This document shows positions 10,070 through 20,084 of a stretch of 55,639 nt of DNA, piece by piece. Below the pieces are notes generated by a model. The model made no database searches. It was not told the DNA's origin and saw only the letters and a program-made list of their open reading frames with translations. Origin of the DNA: an uncultured Leptotrichia sp. (GTDB taxonomy: Bacteria; Fusobacteriota; Fusobacteriia; Fusobacteriales; Leptotrichiaceae); assembly GCA_963548925.1 (NCBI GenBank), contig CAUUWI010000001.1:1-55639 (forward strand), read 5' to 3'. The number at the start of each line of letters is the position of its first letter. The stretch's first letter is position 1. The position numbers and the translations under genes were made by a program.

Positions 10070-10564
10070 ATGATAAAATTAATTTTACTGGATGTAGATG
10101 GAACACTTACCAATGGTGGGATTTATCTCGGAAATAGTGGTGAAGAACTGAAAAAGTTTAATGTAAAGGATGGTTATGCCATTGTAAATGCACAAAAAGT
10201 GGGCATAGAATTTGGAATTATTACAGGCGCTGAATCTGAACTTTTAAAAAATCGTGCCAAAAAATTAAAAATCAAGTATCTGTATCAGGAAATTTCTGAA
10301 AAAACTCTTGTTCTAAAAGAAATAATGAAAAATTTAAATTTAAAGAAAGAAGAAATTGCCTATATGGGTGATGACCTGAATGATATAAAAATTATGAAAA
10401 TGGCAGGATTCTGCGGGACTCCTTTGGACGGAGCAAATGAATTAAAGAAGTTTGCTGACTTTATTTCCACCAAAAATGGCGGAGATGGGGCAGTGCGGGA
10501 ATTTATAGAAACTATTTTAAAAAAGGAAAATTTATTTCAAGAATTTTTGGATAATGTTGAATAA
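10070..10564 (+). CDS. kdsC: KDO-8-phosphate phosphatase (HAD family)
   Basis: DVDGTLT, KKFNVKDG, YMGDDLND and GGDGAVREF. Confidence 0.88.
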   Translation: MIKLILLDVDGTLTNGGIYLGNSGEELKKFNVKDGYAIVNAQKVGIEFGIITGAESELLKNRAKKLKIKYLYQEISEKTLVLKEIMKNLNLKKEEIAYMGDDLNDIKIMKMAGFCGTPLDGANELKKFADFISTKNGGDGAVREFIETILKKENLFQEFLDNVE

Positions 10565-10634
10565 TGTTCTCAAAATGGCTAAAAAGATTTAAAATTAAAA
10601 TAAAAAATATAAAAACTTATTTTTAGGAGGAATA

Positions 10635-13136
10635 ATGGCAATAAAATATTTGGATGCCAAAAGATTAAAATTAGTATTTACTGGTGGCGGAAAATGGGTT
10701 ACAAAGCACGAAGACTTATTGAATGAATTAAATGTTTATCCTGTACCTGATGGTGACACGGGAAGCAACATGTCAATGACATTAAATTCAATGATAAATG
10801 CTTTGGAAAAAATGGATGACAAAATAAAAATGCCCGAGCTGATAGAAGTTGTTGAAGAAGCTGTATTAATGGGAGCTAGAGGAAATTCGGGAACAATTTT
10901 GTCGCAAGTAATTACAGGATTTTTAAAAGGGATTGGGGGAAAAGTAAAATTATTACCAGTCGATGTAGCAAAGGCTCTTGTAAGTGCCAAAGAAACTGCT
11001 TACAACGCGGTAAGTGAACCAATTGAAGGAACAATGCTTACTGTAATTAGAAAAATTTCGGAAAAGGCGACTGAATGTGCAGATAAATTTGAGGATTTAG
11101 TGGAATTTTTAAAGGAAATTGTGGATGCTGGAGAAAAAGCTGTGGAAGAAACTCCTGAAATGCTGCCAAAATTAAAGGAAGCAGGAGTAGTAGATGCCGG
11201 TGGAAAAGGATTGTTTTTCTTTTTTGAAGGATTTTACAAAGTTACGACAGAATTAAATTTACTGGCTGAACTTCAGAAAGCTCAGGTAAAAGAGAATGAA
11301 TTTGACAAGACAATTGCAAATATTGATCATGACCCTGAAAGTATCCGTTTCCAATATTGTACAGAGTACATTATTTTGAATGGAGACTTTGATACAGATG
11401 AATATAAAAAGCGTGTACTGGAATTAGGAGATTCTGCTGTATTCGCACAAACTTCCAAAAAATTTAAGACACATATTCACACAAATCATCCTGGAAAAGC
11501 GATGGAAATCGCATTGGAATATGGGCCGCTTGAGAAAATGAAAGTAGAAAATATGAAACTGCAGCATGATAATTTACAAATTTTTAGTGAAAAGGATGAA
11601 GCTAAAATTTTTGCAAATACAAAAATTGACAAAACAAAAGCTGCTTTTGTAATTTTAGCAGATTCAGAAAATTTAAAGGATGAATTTTTAAAACTTGGTG
11701 CGGATGTAGTAATTCTTGGAGGACAAAGCAAAAATCCAAGTGTGCAGGAAATTCTGAATGCAATTAATAAAACAAAAAAGGAAACAGTATATGTTCTTCC
11801 AAATAATAAAAATGTTATTACAACTGCAAAAATGGCAGCTGAAAAATGTAAAAAAACAGTTGTTGTGTTAAGTACAAAAACAATGCTCGATGGTTATTAT
11901 TTCCTGAAAAATAAGGAAAATGACATAGATAACGTGAAAGAGGCCGCTTCAAGAAACTTTTCAGTGGAAATTACAAAAGCTGTAAGGGATACAAAAGTAG
12001 AAAATCTAACAATTGAAAAAGATGATTTCATTGGACTTGTAAATGGAAAAATAAAATATGCAAAAAAATCATTAAAAGAAATTACAGATGCAATATTGAA
12101 TAATTTGATAGGTAAAAACACAATAACTACTATTGTTGTAAGCGGAAATGAGAAAGATGAAATTTCACAGAAAAATATTGAAGAAAAACTAAGTGGAATA
12201 AAAACAACGATTATTAATGGTAACCAGAAAAATTATTACTATTATCTATACATTGAAAATAAAGATCCGAATATGCCTGAAATAGCAATTCTTACTGATT
12301 CTGTTTCAGACTTGACAGATGAGGATATTGATGGATTACCAATAAAAATTGTACCTCTAAAAATTGATATAAATGGAGAACTTTATAAAGATGGAGTAGA
12401 AATCACGAAATCTGAATTTTGGCATGAAATGCTTGACAAAGATGCAAGAATAAAGACATCCCAGCCATCACCGCAGGATTTTCTGAATGCTTACAATAAA
12501 TTATTTGAAAAAGGGTATAAAAAAATAATTTCAATTCATCCATCATCAAAGTTAAGTGGAACAATACAGGCAGCTAAAGTTGGAAGAAGTTTAACAAACA
12601 GAGAAAATGATATTGAATTAGTTGACAGTCTGGGAGCTTCATTATTACAAGGATTTTTAGTATTAGGAGCGGCTGGAAAATCAGTACGGGGTGAAAGCTT
12701 CACAGATATTATCAACTGGGTAAACAATTTTAGAAATAAAGGAAAATTACTTATGATTATTCCTAACTTGAAATATCTTGAAAAAGGCGGAAGAATTGGA
12801 AAAGCAAGTTCAACGATAGCTGGAGCATTAAACATGAAACCTATCTTAACTGTAAATCAAGGAGAAGTTACAGTCGAGAAAAAAGTTTTAGGTGAACGCA
12901 ATGCACAAAAATACATCGAAAAATACGTAGAGCGTGAAAGCAAGAAACAAAGCCTGGTATTAATGAGTGGTTGGGGAGGAACTCCAACTGAACTTGAAAA
13001 TGTAGTAAAGATTTACTCTGAAGTGGAAAATAATCCAAAAGTAAGCTCATTGATATTAAATAGGGAAATTGGAGCAGTAATTGGAGCTCATACGGGTCCT
13101 GTGTACGGAGTATTCATATTTCCAAGATTAAGTTAA
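10635..13136 (+). CDS. fatty acid kinase, DAK2 (FakA) domain fused to a DegV (FakB) domain
   Basis: LNVYPVPDGDTGSNM, GARGNSG and GVVDAGG at the N-terminus; ILTDS, TSQPSP, SSKLSGT, GGRIG and IGAHTGP at the C-terminus. Confidence 0.92.
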   Translation: MAIKYLDAKRLKLVFTGGGKWVTKHEDLLNELNVYPVPDGDTGSNMSMTLNSMINALEKMDDKIKMPELIEVVEEAVLMGARGNSGTILSQVITGFLKGIGGKVKLLPVDVAKALVSAKETAYNAVSEPIEGTMLTVIRKISEKATECADKFEDLVEFLKEIVDAGEKAVEETPEMLPKLKEAGVVDAGGKGLFFFFEGFYKVTTELNLLAELQKAQVKENEFDKTIANIDHDPESIRFQYCTEYIILNGDFDTDEYKKRVLELGDSAVFAQTSKKFKTHIHTNHPGKAMEIALEYGPLEKMKVENMKLQHDNLQIFSEKDEAKIFANTKIDKTKAAFVILADSENLKDEFLKLGADVVILGGQSKNPSVQEILNAINKTKKETVYVLPNNKNVITTAKMAAEKCKKTVVVLSTKTMLDGYYFLKNKENDIDNVKEAASRNFSVEITKAVRDTKVENLTIEKDDFIGLVNGKIKYAKKSLKEITDAILNNLIGKNTITTIVVSGNEKDEISQKNIEEKLSGIKTTIINGNQKNYYYYLYIENKDPNMPEIAILTDSVSDLTDEDIDGLPIKIVPLKIDINGELYKDGVEITKSEFWHEMLDKDARIKTSQPSPQDFLNAYNKLFEKGYKKIISIHPSSKLSGTIQAAKVGRSLTNRENDIELVDSLGASLLQGFLVLGAAGKSVRGESFTDIINWVNNFRNKGKLLMIIPNLKYLEKGGRIGKASSTIAGALNMKPILTVNQGEVTVEKKVLGERNAQKYIEKYVERESKKQSLVLMSGWGGTPTELENVVKIYSEVENNPKVSSLILNREIGAVIGAHTGPVYGVFIFPRLS

Positions 13137-13178
13137 TATAACATAATTTAATAAATAAAAACGGAAAGAGGTAAACCT

Positions 13179-13883
13179 TTGAAATTTAAATTTTTTGACG
13201 AAATAAATTCAACTAATACATATTTAAGAAGACAACTGAGAATAGAAGAGTTTGAAGTCATTGTAGCAAAAAAACAAACAGATGGAAAAGGTAAAAGGGA
13301 GAGTGCGTGGATTTCAAATGAGGGTGCCGCCCTCTTTTCTTTTGCTGTTAGCGATAATACGGAACTAGATGAAAAAATAACAATTTTTTCAGGATATATA
13401 GTTTATGAGGTATTAAAAAAATATGTAAAATTTAAAGAAAAATTGACATTTAAATGGCCGAATGATATTTACTATGAAAATAAAAAAATATGTGGAATTT
13501 TGTGTGAAAAAGTGCGAAATTACATAATAATCGGTATCGGGATAAATATAAACAACACTGATTTTGGAATATATCGGGAAAAAGCAATTTCACTTCTAGA
13601 AATTACAGGAAAAGCCCATCCTGTTCAAAAAATTATTGAAGAAATTGTATCAAATTTTGAAGAACAATTTTACAGCTTGAATAGAAAATGGGAAAATATA
13701 TTAAATGTTATAAATGAAAATAGTTATTTGAAAGATAAAAAAATTATTATAAAACAAAATGGAAAGTTTTTAGAAAAAGAATACAAGTTTTTACGAATAG
13801 ACAGAAGAGGCAAAATTTCATTGATTAGCAAGGGAGATGGAGATGAAGTGAAGTTTGCTTCGTTGGAGTTTAAGGTTGTATAA
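13179..13883 (+). CDS. birA: biotin-protein ligase, monofunctional (no HTH)
   Basis: STN, QTDGKGKR, KWPND, KKICGILCE and GIGININ. Confidence 0.92.
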   Translation: MKFKFFDEINSTNTYLRRQLRIEEFEVIVAKKQTDGKGKRESAWISNEGAALFSFAVSDNTELDEKITIFSGYIVYEVLKKYVKFKEKLTFKWPNDIYYENKKICGILCEKVRNYIIIGIGININNTDFGIYREKAISLLEITGKAHPVQKIIEEIVSNFEEQFYSLNRKWENILNVINENSYLKDKKIIIKQNGKFLEKEYKFLRIDRRGKISLISKGDGDEVKFASLEFKVV

Positions 13884-13919
13884 AAGTTTAGATTTAGATT
13901 TTTGGAGTAGTCAAAAACT

Positions 13920-14026
13920 TATACTAAACCCCATTTAAATAACGAACTTATTATAAACTTTTTTAGTAATGGATAAAAGCCTAATATTTTAATATAATTT
14001 TCGCTTTTTAAACGGGGAATAGTATT
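13920..14026. mobile_element. 107 bp MITE-like repeat, copy 2
   Basis: Near-identical to 4909-5015, same orientation. Confidence 0.8.
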
Positions 14027-14073
14027 AAATTTAAGTAAAATTTTAGCTTTAAGTTTTCAATAATTTTGAATTT

Positions 14074-14108
14074 AAAAAGACCGCTGAAAGATTTTTAGCA
14101 GTCTTCTT
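14074..14108. terminator. bidirectional terminator between birA and the polysaccharide locus
   Basis: AAGACCGCTGAAA / TTTAGCAGTCTT stem flanked by A and T runs, between convergent genes. Confidence 0.6.
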
Positions 14109-14112
14109 TACT

Positions 14113-14958
14113 TTATATAAGTGCTTTTTTCATTATTTTTGATATTATATTATTATTTCCCCACATAGCAGGAGAATCATAATTTCGTTCTGGAAATGCA
14201 CCATATTCTAATTTTATTTTTAAGTTATTTTCTTTTAAGAATGATTCAACTTTTTCTTTTAAACTTACAGGTTTACCAGAACAACAATTTATAATCCCAG
14301 TTATTTCTGTTTGTAAAGATGCTTTTGAAATCATTTCAGCCAATGTTCCAATATTAATGAAATCATATTTATTTTTTCCCATAGTGAATGGAAAAGTTTT
14401 AACACCTTCTTTTTCTTTTTGTAATATTTTTGAAAAAATAGAATTATTATTTCTATCCTCACCCTGTATATAAAATACTCTAAGCCATTTTATAAACAAT
14501 TTCTTATCACTATCATCTAATATTTTCAAAGACTGTCTCAAACTATTTTTTGCTATACCGTAAAATGAAATAGGGTTAGTTGTAGTATCATTGTCAACTT
14601 CTCCTTCCCAGTATCCAATTTCATGCATAGTTCCTATAACATTTATATTCTTTATGCCAAATTCATATATTTTCTTTAAAAATTTATAATGTAATGAGAT
14701 ATCCTCAAGATGAGTAATAGAATTGTGTACAAATCCATTACGCCACGCTAAATGGATACAAGTACCCACATTTTTCAAATTAGAAAAAAGATAGTCTGTA
14801 TTTTCAAATATATTAGTTTCTATTTTCTTTACTTTATCATTTATTTTATTTAAAGAAATATCAGCAGCTATTATTTCAATATTATTATTTAATAAATAAT
14901 TTATAACATTTTTTCCTATATAGCCATTAGCTCCTGTTACTAAAACCTTTTGTTTCAT
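14113..14958 (-). CDS. tll: dTDP-6-deoxy-L-talose 4-dehydrogenase (dTDP-6-deoxy-L-lyxo-4-hexulose reductase)
   Basis: TGANGYIG, HLAWRNGFVHN, GTMHEIGYWEG, YGIAKN, NSIFSKIL, NCCSGKP and YDSPAMWG match Aggregatibacter Tll as I recall it. Confidence 0.78.
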   Translation of the reverse strand: MKQKVLVTGANGYIGKNVINYLLNNNIEIIAADISLNKINDKVKKIETNIFENTDYLFSNLKNVGTCIHLAWRNGFVHNSITHLEDISLHYKFLKKIYEFGIKNINVIGTMHEIGYWEGEVDNDTTTNPISFYGIAKNSLRQSLKILDDSDKKLFIKWLRVFYIQGEDRNNNSIFSKILQKEKEGVKTFPFTMGKNKYDFINIGTLAEMISKASLQTEITGIINCCSGKPVSLKEKVESFLKENNLKIKLEYGAFPERNYDSPAMWGNNNIISKIMKKALI

Positions 14959-14991
14959 TTATTCTCCTAATCGAATATTTACTAAACTAAA

Positions 14992-15831
14992 TTATTTTTT
15001 ATATTTTTTTATACATTCCTTATTTCTTGTTTTTCTTTCCTTATCAAGAAACCAGCCCCATTTATTAAAATATTTTATAGCTGAGTTTATATGTGCCATC
15101 ATCATTTTTCGTGTTTTATAGGATGCTTTTCCATGTTCATGAATTATCTTTACCTCAGGATAAAATATCACTTTATATTTTTGTCCAATTCTTCTACATA
15201 AGTCATAATCTTCCATATACATGAAATATCTAGTATCAAATATTCCGACATTTTTCAAAATATCTGTTTTTATAAACATAAGACATCCAGATAGAATTGG
15301 AACTTCCATTATTGAATTATAATCACACCATCTCATCTCATAATTATAATTCATTTTATCTACAATAGGTTTTATTGGAAAAAATCTTCTGAATATTAAA
15401 TTTAATGGTGTAGGTAATAATCTACAGGATTTGTTTATTTCTCCATTGGATTCATATATTTTTGGTCCTATCTGACCAATTTCAGGATTTTTTCTCATGT
15501 AATCAACCATTTTTTCAATAGTATTTTCTTCAAAAATTATATCAGCATTCAATATTATATGAAACTCTGCTTTTTCGTTACAGCTATTATCCATCAATTT
15601 TTTTAATATAACATTATGCCCTGATCCAAATCCATTATTTGAGTTATTAAAGATATATTCTATTCTATCATCTGAAAGATTTTTTATAAAATTTCTCAAA
15701 GTATCCTCTTCAGAATTATCTGATATCCATAATTTAAATTTCAATTTTGTTTTTTGAAAACAACCTATGATTTGAGCTAATTCCTTTTGGTCAGTATTAT
15801 AAGTCACTATGCAAGCCGTAAAGTCGTACAT
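14992..15831 (-). CDS. wbbL: GT2 WbbL-like 6-deoxyhexosyltransferase
   Basis: IVTYN, NNGFGSGHN, LNAD, SGCLM, FDTRYFMYMEDYDLCRR. Confidence 0.75.
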   Translation of the reverse strand: MYDFTACIVTYNTDQKELAQIIGCFQKTKLKFKLWISDNSEEDTLRNFIKNLSDDRIEYIFNNSNNGFGSGHNVILKKLMDNSCNEKAEFHIILNADIIFEENTIEKMVDYMRKNPEIGQIGPKIYESNGEINKSCRLLPTPLNLIFRRFFPIKPIVDKMNYNYEMRWCDYNSIMEVPILSGCLMFIKTDILKNVGIFDTRYFMYMEDYDLCRRIGQKYKVIFYPEVKIIHEHGKASYKTRKMMMAHINSAIKYFNKWGWFLDKERKTRNKECIKKYKK

Positions 15832-15863
15832 ACAAAATCCTCCACTCTTTTTTACTTGGTAAG

Positions 15864-15892
15864 ATTATAACATCTTAAGTTTAATTAAACAA
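15864..15892 (-). promoter_or_regulatory. internal promoter for wbbL-tll
   Basis: Minus strand TTGTTT, 17 nt, TATAAT with extended TG; palindrome GTTTAATTAAAC overlaps the -35. Confidence 0.55.
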
Positions 15893-15913
15893 GTTAAATA
15901 TTTCAAAAAATTT

Positions 15914-16519
15914 TTATATTTTTTCCCATTTTTTCGTTTTAGAGTTATATTTTTTTATTACTTTTGCAGGATTTCCAACGGCAATGCTGTTTTCTGGGAT
16001 ATCTTTAGAAACAACAGCATTTGCGCCAATTATAGAATTTTTTCCAATAACTGTACCTGGCAAAACTGCAACATTTTCTCCCAGCCATACATTCCTACAA
16101 ATTTTCACTGGTTTTGTAAAAATCTTTCTCTCTTTCACAATCTCATTTGGATATGAATGTTCTAAATCCTTTAAAGACGAATAATTTCCATGATTTAAAT
16201 CCGAAATATAAACCTTACTGGCAATCAATACATTATCTTCAATAATAACTGACTCTGCACAGGATAAATGAACGTAGTCATTAATTTGAACATTATTTCC
16301 AATAATTAATTGAGGATTTTTCCCACTTGAAATCCCATTATTAAAATTATAAGCCTCTATTCGGCATCCGACACCCGTAGTAAAATTTCTTCCATATTTT
16401 ATATATTTTTTCCCTCTTATATCAAACGGAAAACGAATTAATCTGGCTTTTGGAAAAAATATCTTTGTTTTAATCAAATTAATTCCCAATTTCCACAACT
16501 CATAAAATGATTTTTCCAT
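15914..16519 (-). CDS. wbbJ: WbbJ-like hexapeptide-repeat O-acetyltransferase
   Basis: IRFPFDIR, NFTTGVGCR, NVQINDYVH, IASKVYISDLNHG, VWLGENV and GNPAKVIK. Confidence 0.8.
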   Translation of the reverse strand: MEKSFYELWKLGINLIKTKIFFPKARLIRFPFDIRGKKYIKYGRNFTTGVGCRIEAYNFNNGISSGKNPQLIIGNNVQINDYVHLSCAESVIIEDNVLIASKVYISDLNHGNYSSLKDLEHSYPNEIVKERKIFTKPVKICRNVWLGENVAVLPGTVIGKNSIIGANAVVSKDIPENSIAVGNPAKVIKKYNSKTKKWEKI

Positions 16520-16545
16520 GTTTTACCTTTCTATATCTATGTTTG

Positions 16546-17661
16546 TTACATTTTTTCATAAACTTTTTCAAGAACTTCTACAGATTTTTTCCATTGAAAT
16601 TTTTTTGCTTGTTCTAATCCTTTTTTTATCATCTCTCTTTGTAATTTTTTATCCGACAAAATTTTTTTATATGCTTCAAAAATTTCATCTTCACTTAAAG
16701 GATTAACTAAAATTGCGGCATCTCCTGCAACTTCAGGTAAAGACGACACATTGGAAGTGACCACTGGCACTCCTGCCGCCATAGCTTCCAGAACTGGCAT
16801 TCCAAACCCTTCATACAATGAAGGAAATGCAAAAAACTGTGCAAGTTTATAAATAGGGATTTTATCCTCTTCATCAATATATCCTGTAATTATAATATCT
16901 GTCCCCATTGAGTCTATTAATTTCATGATATTATCATATTTCCATCCTTTGTTTCCTACAATTACAAGTTTTAAATCATCTTTAACTTCTTTTTTATAGT
17001 TTTTAAAAGCTTTAACAATTCTTTCGATATTTTTTCGTGGTTCAATTGTTCCTAAATATAAAATGTAATTTTGAGGTAAATCGTATTTTTTTCTAACATT
17101 TTCAAGTTCTGTATCAGTATAATTATATGAATATTTCTGTAAGTCAATCCCTGGTGTTACAATCTGTATTTTTTTCTCATCTACATTAAAGTGTTTAATA
17201 ATGTCTGATTTTGCACTTTCTGAAATAGTTATAATTAAATCTGATCTCTCAGCAGCATATTTATATTCACTAATAGCTTTCATATTACCCATAGTTTCTG
17301 GAGCTGAAAAAAATACAGTATCATAAATTGTAATTATTACCTTACCTTTTATATTTTTTGGAATAGTAAAATTAAAAAAATGATATATATCTGACTTTGT
17401 TCCCAACAAAAAATTATGACTTATTTTTAACTTTTGAGTTAAAATATCATAAACTTTGTATGGAATAAATTTATTTTGTTTTATTTTAACATCATAATTT
17501 ATTTGCTCTTTTACATTATGTCTATTCATAAAATTTATAAATTCAGCTGTATAGTCATTTCTATTATTTTGAACTAATCCTTTTACAATGTTAAAAATAT
17601 ACCATCCTACTCCTGTTTTTTTTCCGACAGCCCATTGGACTTCTAATGATATTTTTTTCAT
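16546..17661 (-). CDS. GT4 glycosyltransferase (mannosyl/D-rhamnosyltransferase-like)
   Basis: TGVG, GTIEPRKN, FPSLYEGFGMPVLEAMAAG and SSLPEVAG. Confidence 0.88.
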   Translation of the reverse strand: MKKISLEVQWAVGKKTGVGWYIFNIVKGLVQNNRNDYTAEFINFMNRHNVKEQINYDVKIKQNKFIPYKVYDILTQKLKISHNFLLGTKSDIYHFFNFTIPKNIKGKVIITIYDTVFFSAPETMGNMKAISEYKYAAERSDLIITISESAKSDIIKHFNVDEKKIQIVTPGIDLQKYSYNYTDTELENVRKKYDLPQNYILYLGTIEPRKNIERIVKAFKNYKKEVKDDLKLVIVGNKGWKYDNIMKLIDSMGTDIIITGYIDEEDKIPIYKLAQFFAFPSLYEGFGMPVLEAMAAGVPVVTSNVSSLPEVAGDAAILVNPLSEDEIFEAYKKILSDKKLQREMIKKGLEQAKKFQWKKSVEVLEKVYEKM

Positions 17662-17687
17662 TTATTTTCCAACTTTCTTTTTAAATT

Positions 17688-18749
17688 TTAAAAAAACTTA
17701 TCATATATTTGTCTATATTTTTCTAATATTTTATCATAAGAAAAATTTTCTTCATAGTACTTTTTAAAATTATAAGCTGATATTTCTTCATAATACTTTT
17801 CTATTTTACTTTCTAAATCTTCAACGTCATTTTTTACTAAAAATTTCTTATCTATTATGATTTCCGGCATAGCACAAATATCTGAAGCAAAAACTGGTTT
17901 ATTATAAAGATATCCCTCTATTATTGGTAATCCAAATCCTTCACCATATTTTGCCAAAACAGTTACTAAATTAGTGCTTTCATAAAATTTTCCAACTTCT
18001 TCATCTGGGATATATCCCAACAGTTCAATATTTTCCAATTGATTCTGTCTTATTTCTTCTCTATATTTTTCTAATAAAGGTCCTTTACCAGCTATTTTAA
18101 TATCATAATTTCTTTTTCTTTTTCTTTTTGCTAATTCTATTAATAAATCAATATTTGCTCTTTCTTCAATGCTCCGAACAGTAAAAATTTTGATTTTATC
18201 TGTTTCCCAATTATCTTTAGATGTATATTTTGAATTAATATTTTCAAAAGGAGTTGTATTATATATAATTTTAAAATTATCTCCTTCATAGAGAGATTTT
18301 TCTTTTGCAAATTTTGAAATAAAATGTACTAATCTTGATTTTTTATAAACTTTCTTCTCAATGTATTTAAATAAATTTTGCAATTTATGATTTATTGCAT
18401 TAGATTGATAATAAAGTCCATCATGAACTGTAAAAATATCTGTTTTTTTTAAAAGAAAAAAACTCATAAGATAATTATGAGAATGTATGATATAGTTGTT
18501 ATTTTTAAACTTTTTATTTATTAATTTATTCAAATTAATAAATCTGAATTTATCCTTTTTTATCCCAATACAGTTTATTCGGTTCCATTTAAATTCAACA
18601 TTTTCATCATCAAAAAAAATATAATATTTTTCTATATTTTTTTCTAAGGATTGAGATTGAAATAAAATCACATTTTCGACCCCTCTTTTAAATTTCAGGG
18701 GATTGTTAAATCCAAAATATATCATACATTTTTCCATATTTTTCTCCAT
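17688..18749 (-). CDS. GT4 glycosyltransferase
   Basis: EGFGLPIIE (EX7E) and AGKGP motifs. Confidence 0.85.
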   Translation of the reverse strand: MEKNMEKCMIYFGFNNPLKFKRGVENVILFQSQSLEKNIEKYYIFFDDENVEFKWNRINCIGIKKDKFRFINLNKLINKKFKNNNYIIHSHNYLMSFFLLKKTDIFTVHDGLYYQSNAINHKLQNLFKYIEKKVYKKSRLVHFISKFAKEKSLYEGDNFKIIYNTTPFENINSKYTSKDNWETDKIKIFTVRSIEERANIDLLIELAKRKRKRNYDIKIAGKGPLLEKYREEIRQNQLENIELLGYIPDEEVGKFYESTNLVTVLAKYGEGFGLPIIEGYLYNKPVFASDICAMPEIIIDKKFLVKNDVEDLESKIEKYYEEISAYNFKKYYEENFSYDKILEKYRQIYDKFF

Positions 18750-18750
18750 A

Positions 18751-19854
18751 TTATTTTTTTAAAATTATCTCAAAAAGTTCTTTCCAGCTATTACAATAAG
18801 GCTGCTCTATATCCTTACATATATTTCCATTAAAAGTAATGTCTTTTTCTGTGATAACTGATTTCATTTTCAAAGCCAGTTCTTCAGCTGAATCAGGATT
18901 AAAGAAAAATACATTTTCATAGTTCCCCAATGTTTCATGTACATAAGGCAAATCAGCTAAAATCAGCTTTTTCTTAAACTTTTTTGCCTCAGTAACTGGT
19001 AATCCCCATGTTTCAATTTTAGAAGGAAATATAAGTGTTTCTGTCTTATTATAGTACTTCATTAAATTTTCTCTTGACTGCAGTCCAATAAATTTGATAC
19101 ATTCCAGTTTATTGTATTTTTCAACTATTTCTTTTGAATAAATATTTTCACTGCCATCTATTGTTAGATAAACCTTTAAATTCTTAATATTTCTATTCTC
19201 CAGAATTTCAGCTGCCTTACAAATCACTTCAAAATTTTTAAAGACTCTTGGAAAGCTGGGATAAATGAAGCTATTTTTCTCAAGTTCCATATCTGTCTCT
19301 ATCTTTAAATCTTCCAAATTAACTTCAGGATGTGCAACAATAACATTTTCTAGTTCAAAAGCTTTCTTAAATTCTTTTCTTATCCAATCCTGCTGAACGA
19401 TAACATAGTTATTTTTCTTTATATTTATTTTATAAATGTATTTATAAAATTTTGAAAAAAGAAATAATTTAAACGATTTTTTTCTTTCTTCTTTTGTCAT
19501 CTTATAAAACATCATCGGATTGTGACAATACACAACTCTTTTATCAGCTGTTACATTCGGTGTCATATCATGCAATGAAAGCCACAAATACGGTTTTAAT
19601 TTTTTCGACAGCTTTTTAAAATAAATATATTCATAATACATTCTTTTTAAATAACTTTTTTTAGAATCTTTAAATTCTATAAATTCTATTTTTGATTCAC
19701 ATTCTGAAAATAAGTTTTTATCATGAACTAAAGCTACTATTCTGTATTCTTCCAGAAAGTTTTCTTCAAGACATTTTAAACATTCTTTATAGATTGTTAA
19801 GGGTCCACCTTCACTGAAATTAATAGCGGAGATTACTATTGTTTTTTTATCCAT
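18751..19854 (-). CDS. wbbK: GT4 WbbK-like glycosyltransferase
   Basis: ISAINFSEGGPLTI, LHD, VYCHNP, PRVFKNFE and FPSKIETWGLP resemble E. coli K-12 WbbK. Confidence 0.75.
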   Translation of the reverse strand: MDKKTIVISAINFSEGGPLTIYKECLKCLEENFLEEYRIVALVHDKNLFSECESKIEFIEFKDSKKSYLKRMYYEYIYFKKLSKKLKPYLWLSLHDMTPNVTADKRVVYCHNPMMFYKMTKEERKKSFKLFLFSKFYKYIYKINIKKNNYVIVQQDWIRKEFKKAFELENVIVAHPEVNLEDLKIETDMELEKNSFIYPSFPRVFKNFEVICKAAEILENRNIKNLKVYLTIDGSENIYSKEIVEKYNKLECIKFIGLQSRENLMKYYNKTETLIFPSKIETWGLPVTEAKKFKKKLILADLPYVHETLGNYENVFFFNPDSAEELALKMKSVITEKDITFNGNICKDIEQPYCNSWKELFEIILKK

Positions 19855-20003
19855 ATTTTCCTCATCTTTAATTTTTAATAAATTTATACATTTTTTAATA
19901 CACTTTTCTATAATAAAACCATTTTTTAATGAAATTACAAGATAATATTGACAAAATAAAATGTAATATTCCTATAATTATAATGAATTTTTACATTTTC
20001 TAA

Positions 20004-20031
20004 ATTTGTTGCAATATACTATACAATCTAT
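20004..20031 (-). repeat. IS30-end-like motif
   Basis: ATTTGTTGCAATATACTATACAATCTAT; 25 of 28 positions match 30213-30239. Confidence 0.6.
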
Positions 20032-20084
20032 ATAAATTAAAAAATTTAAATTACTTTGATTCATTTTCCTTCTATTCTCATTCT

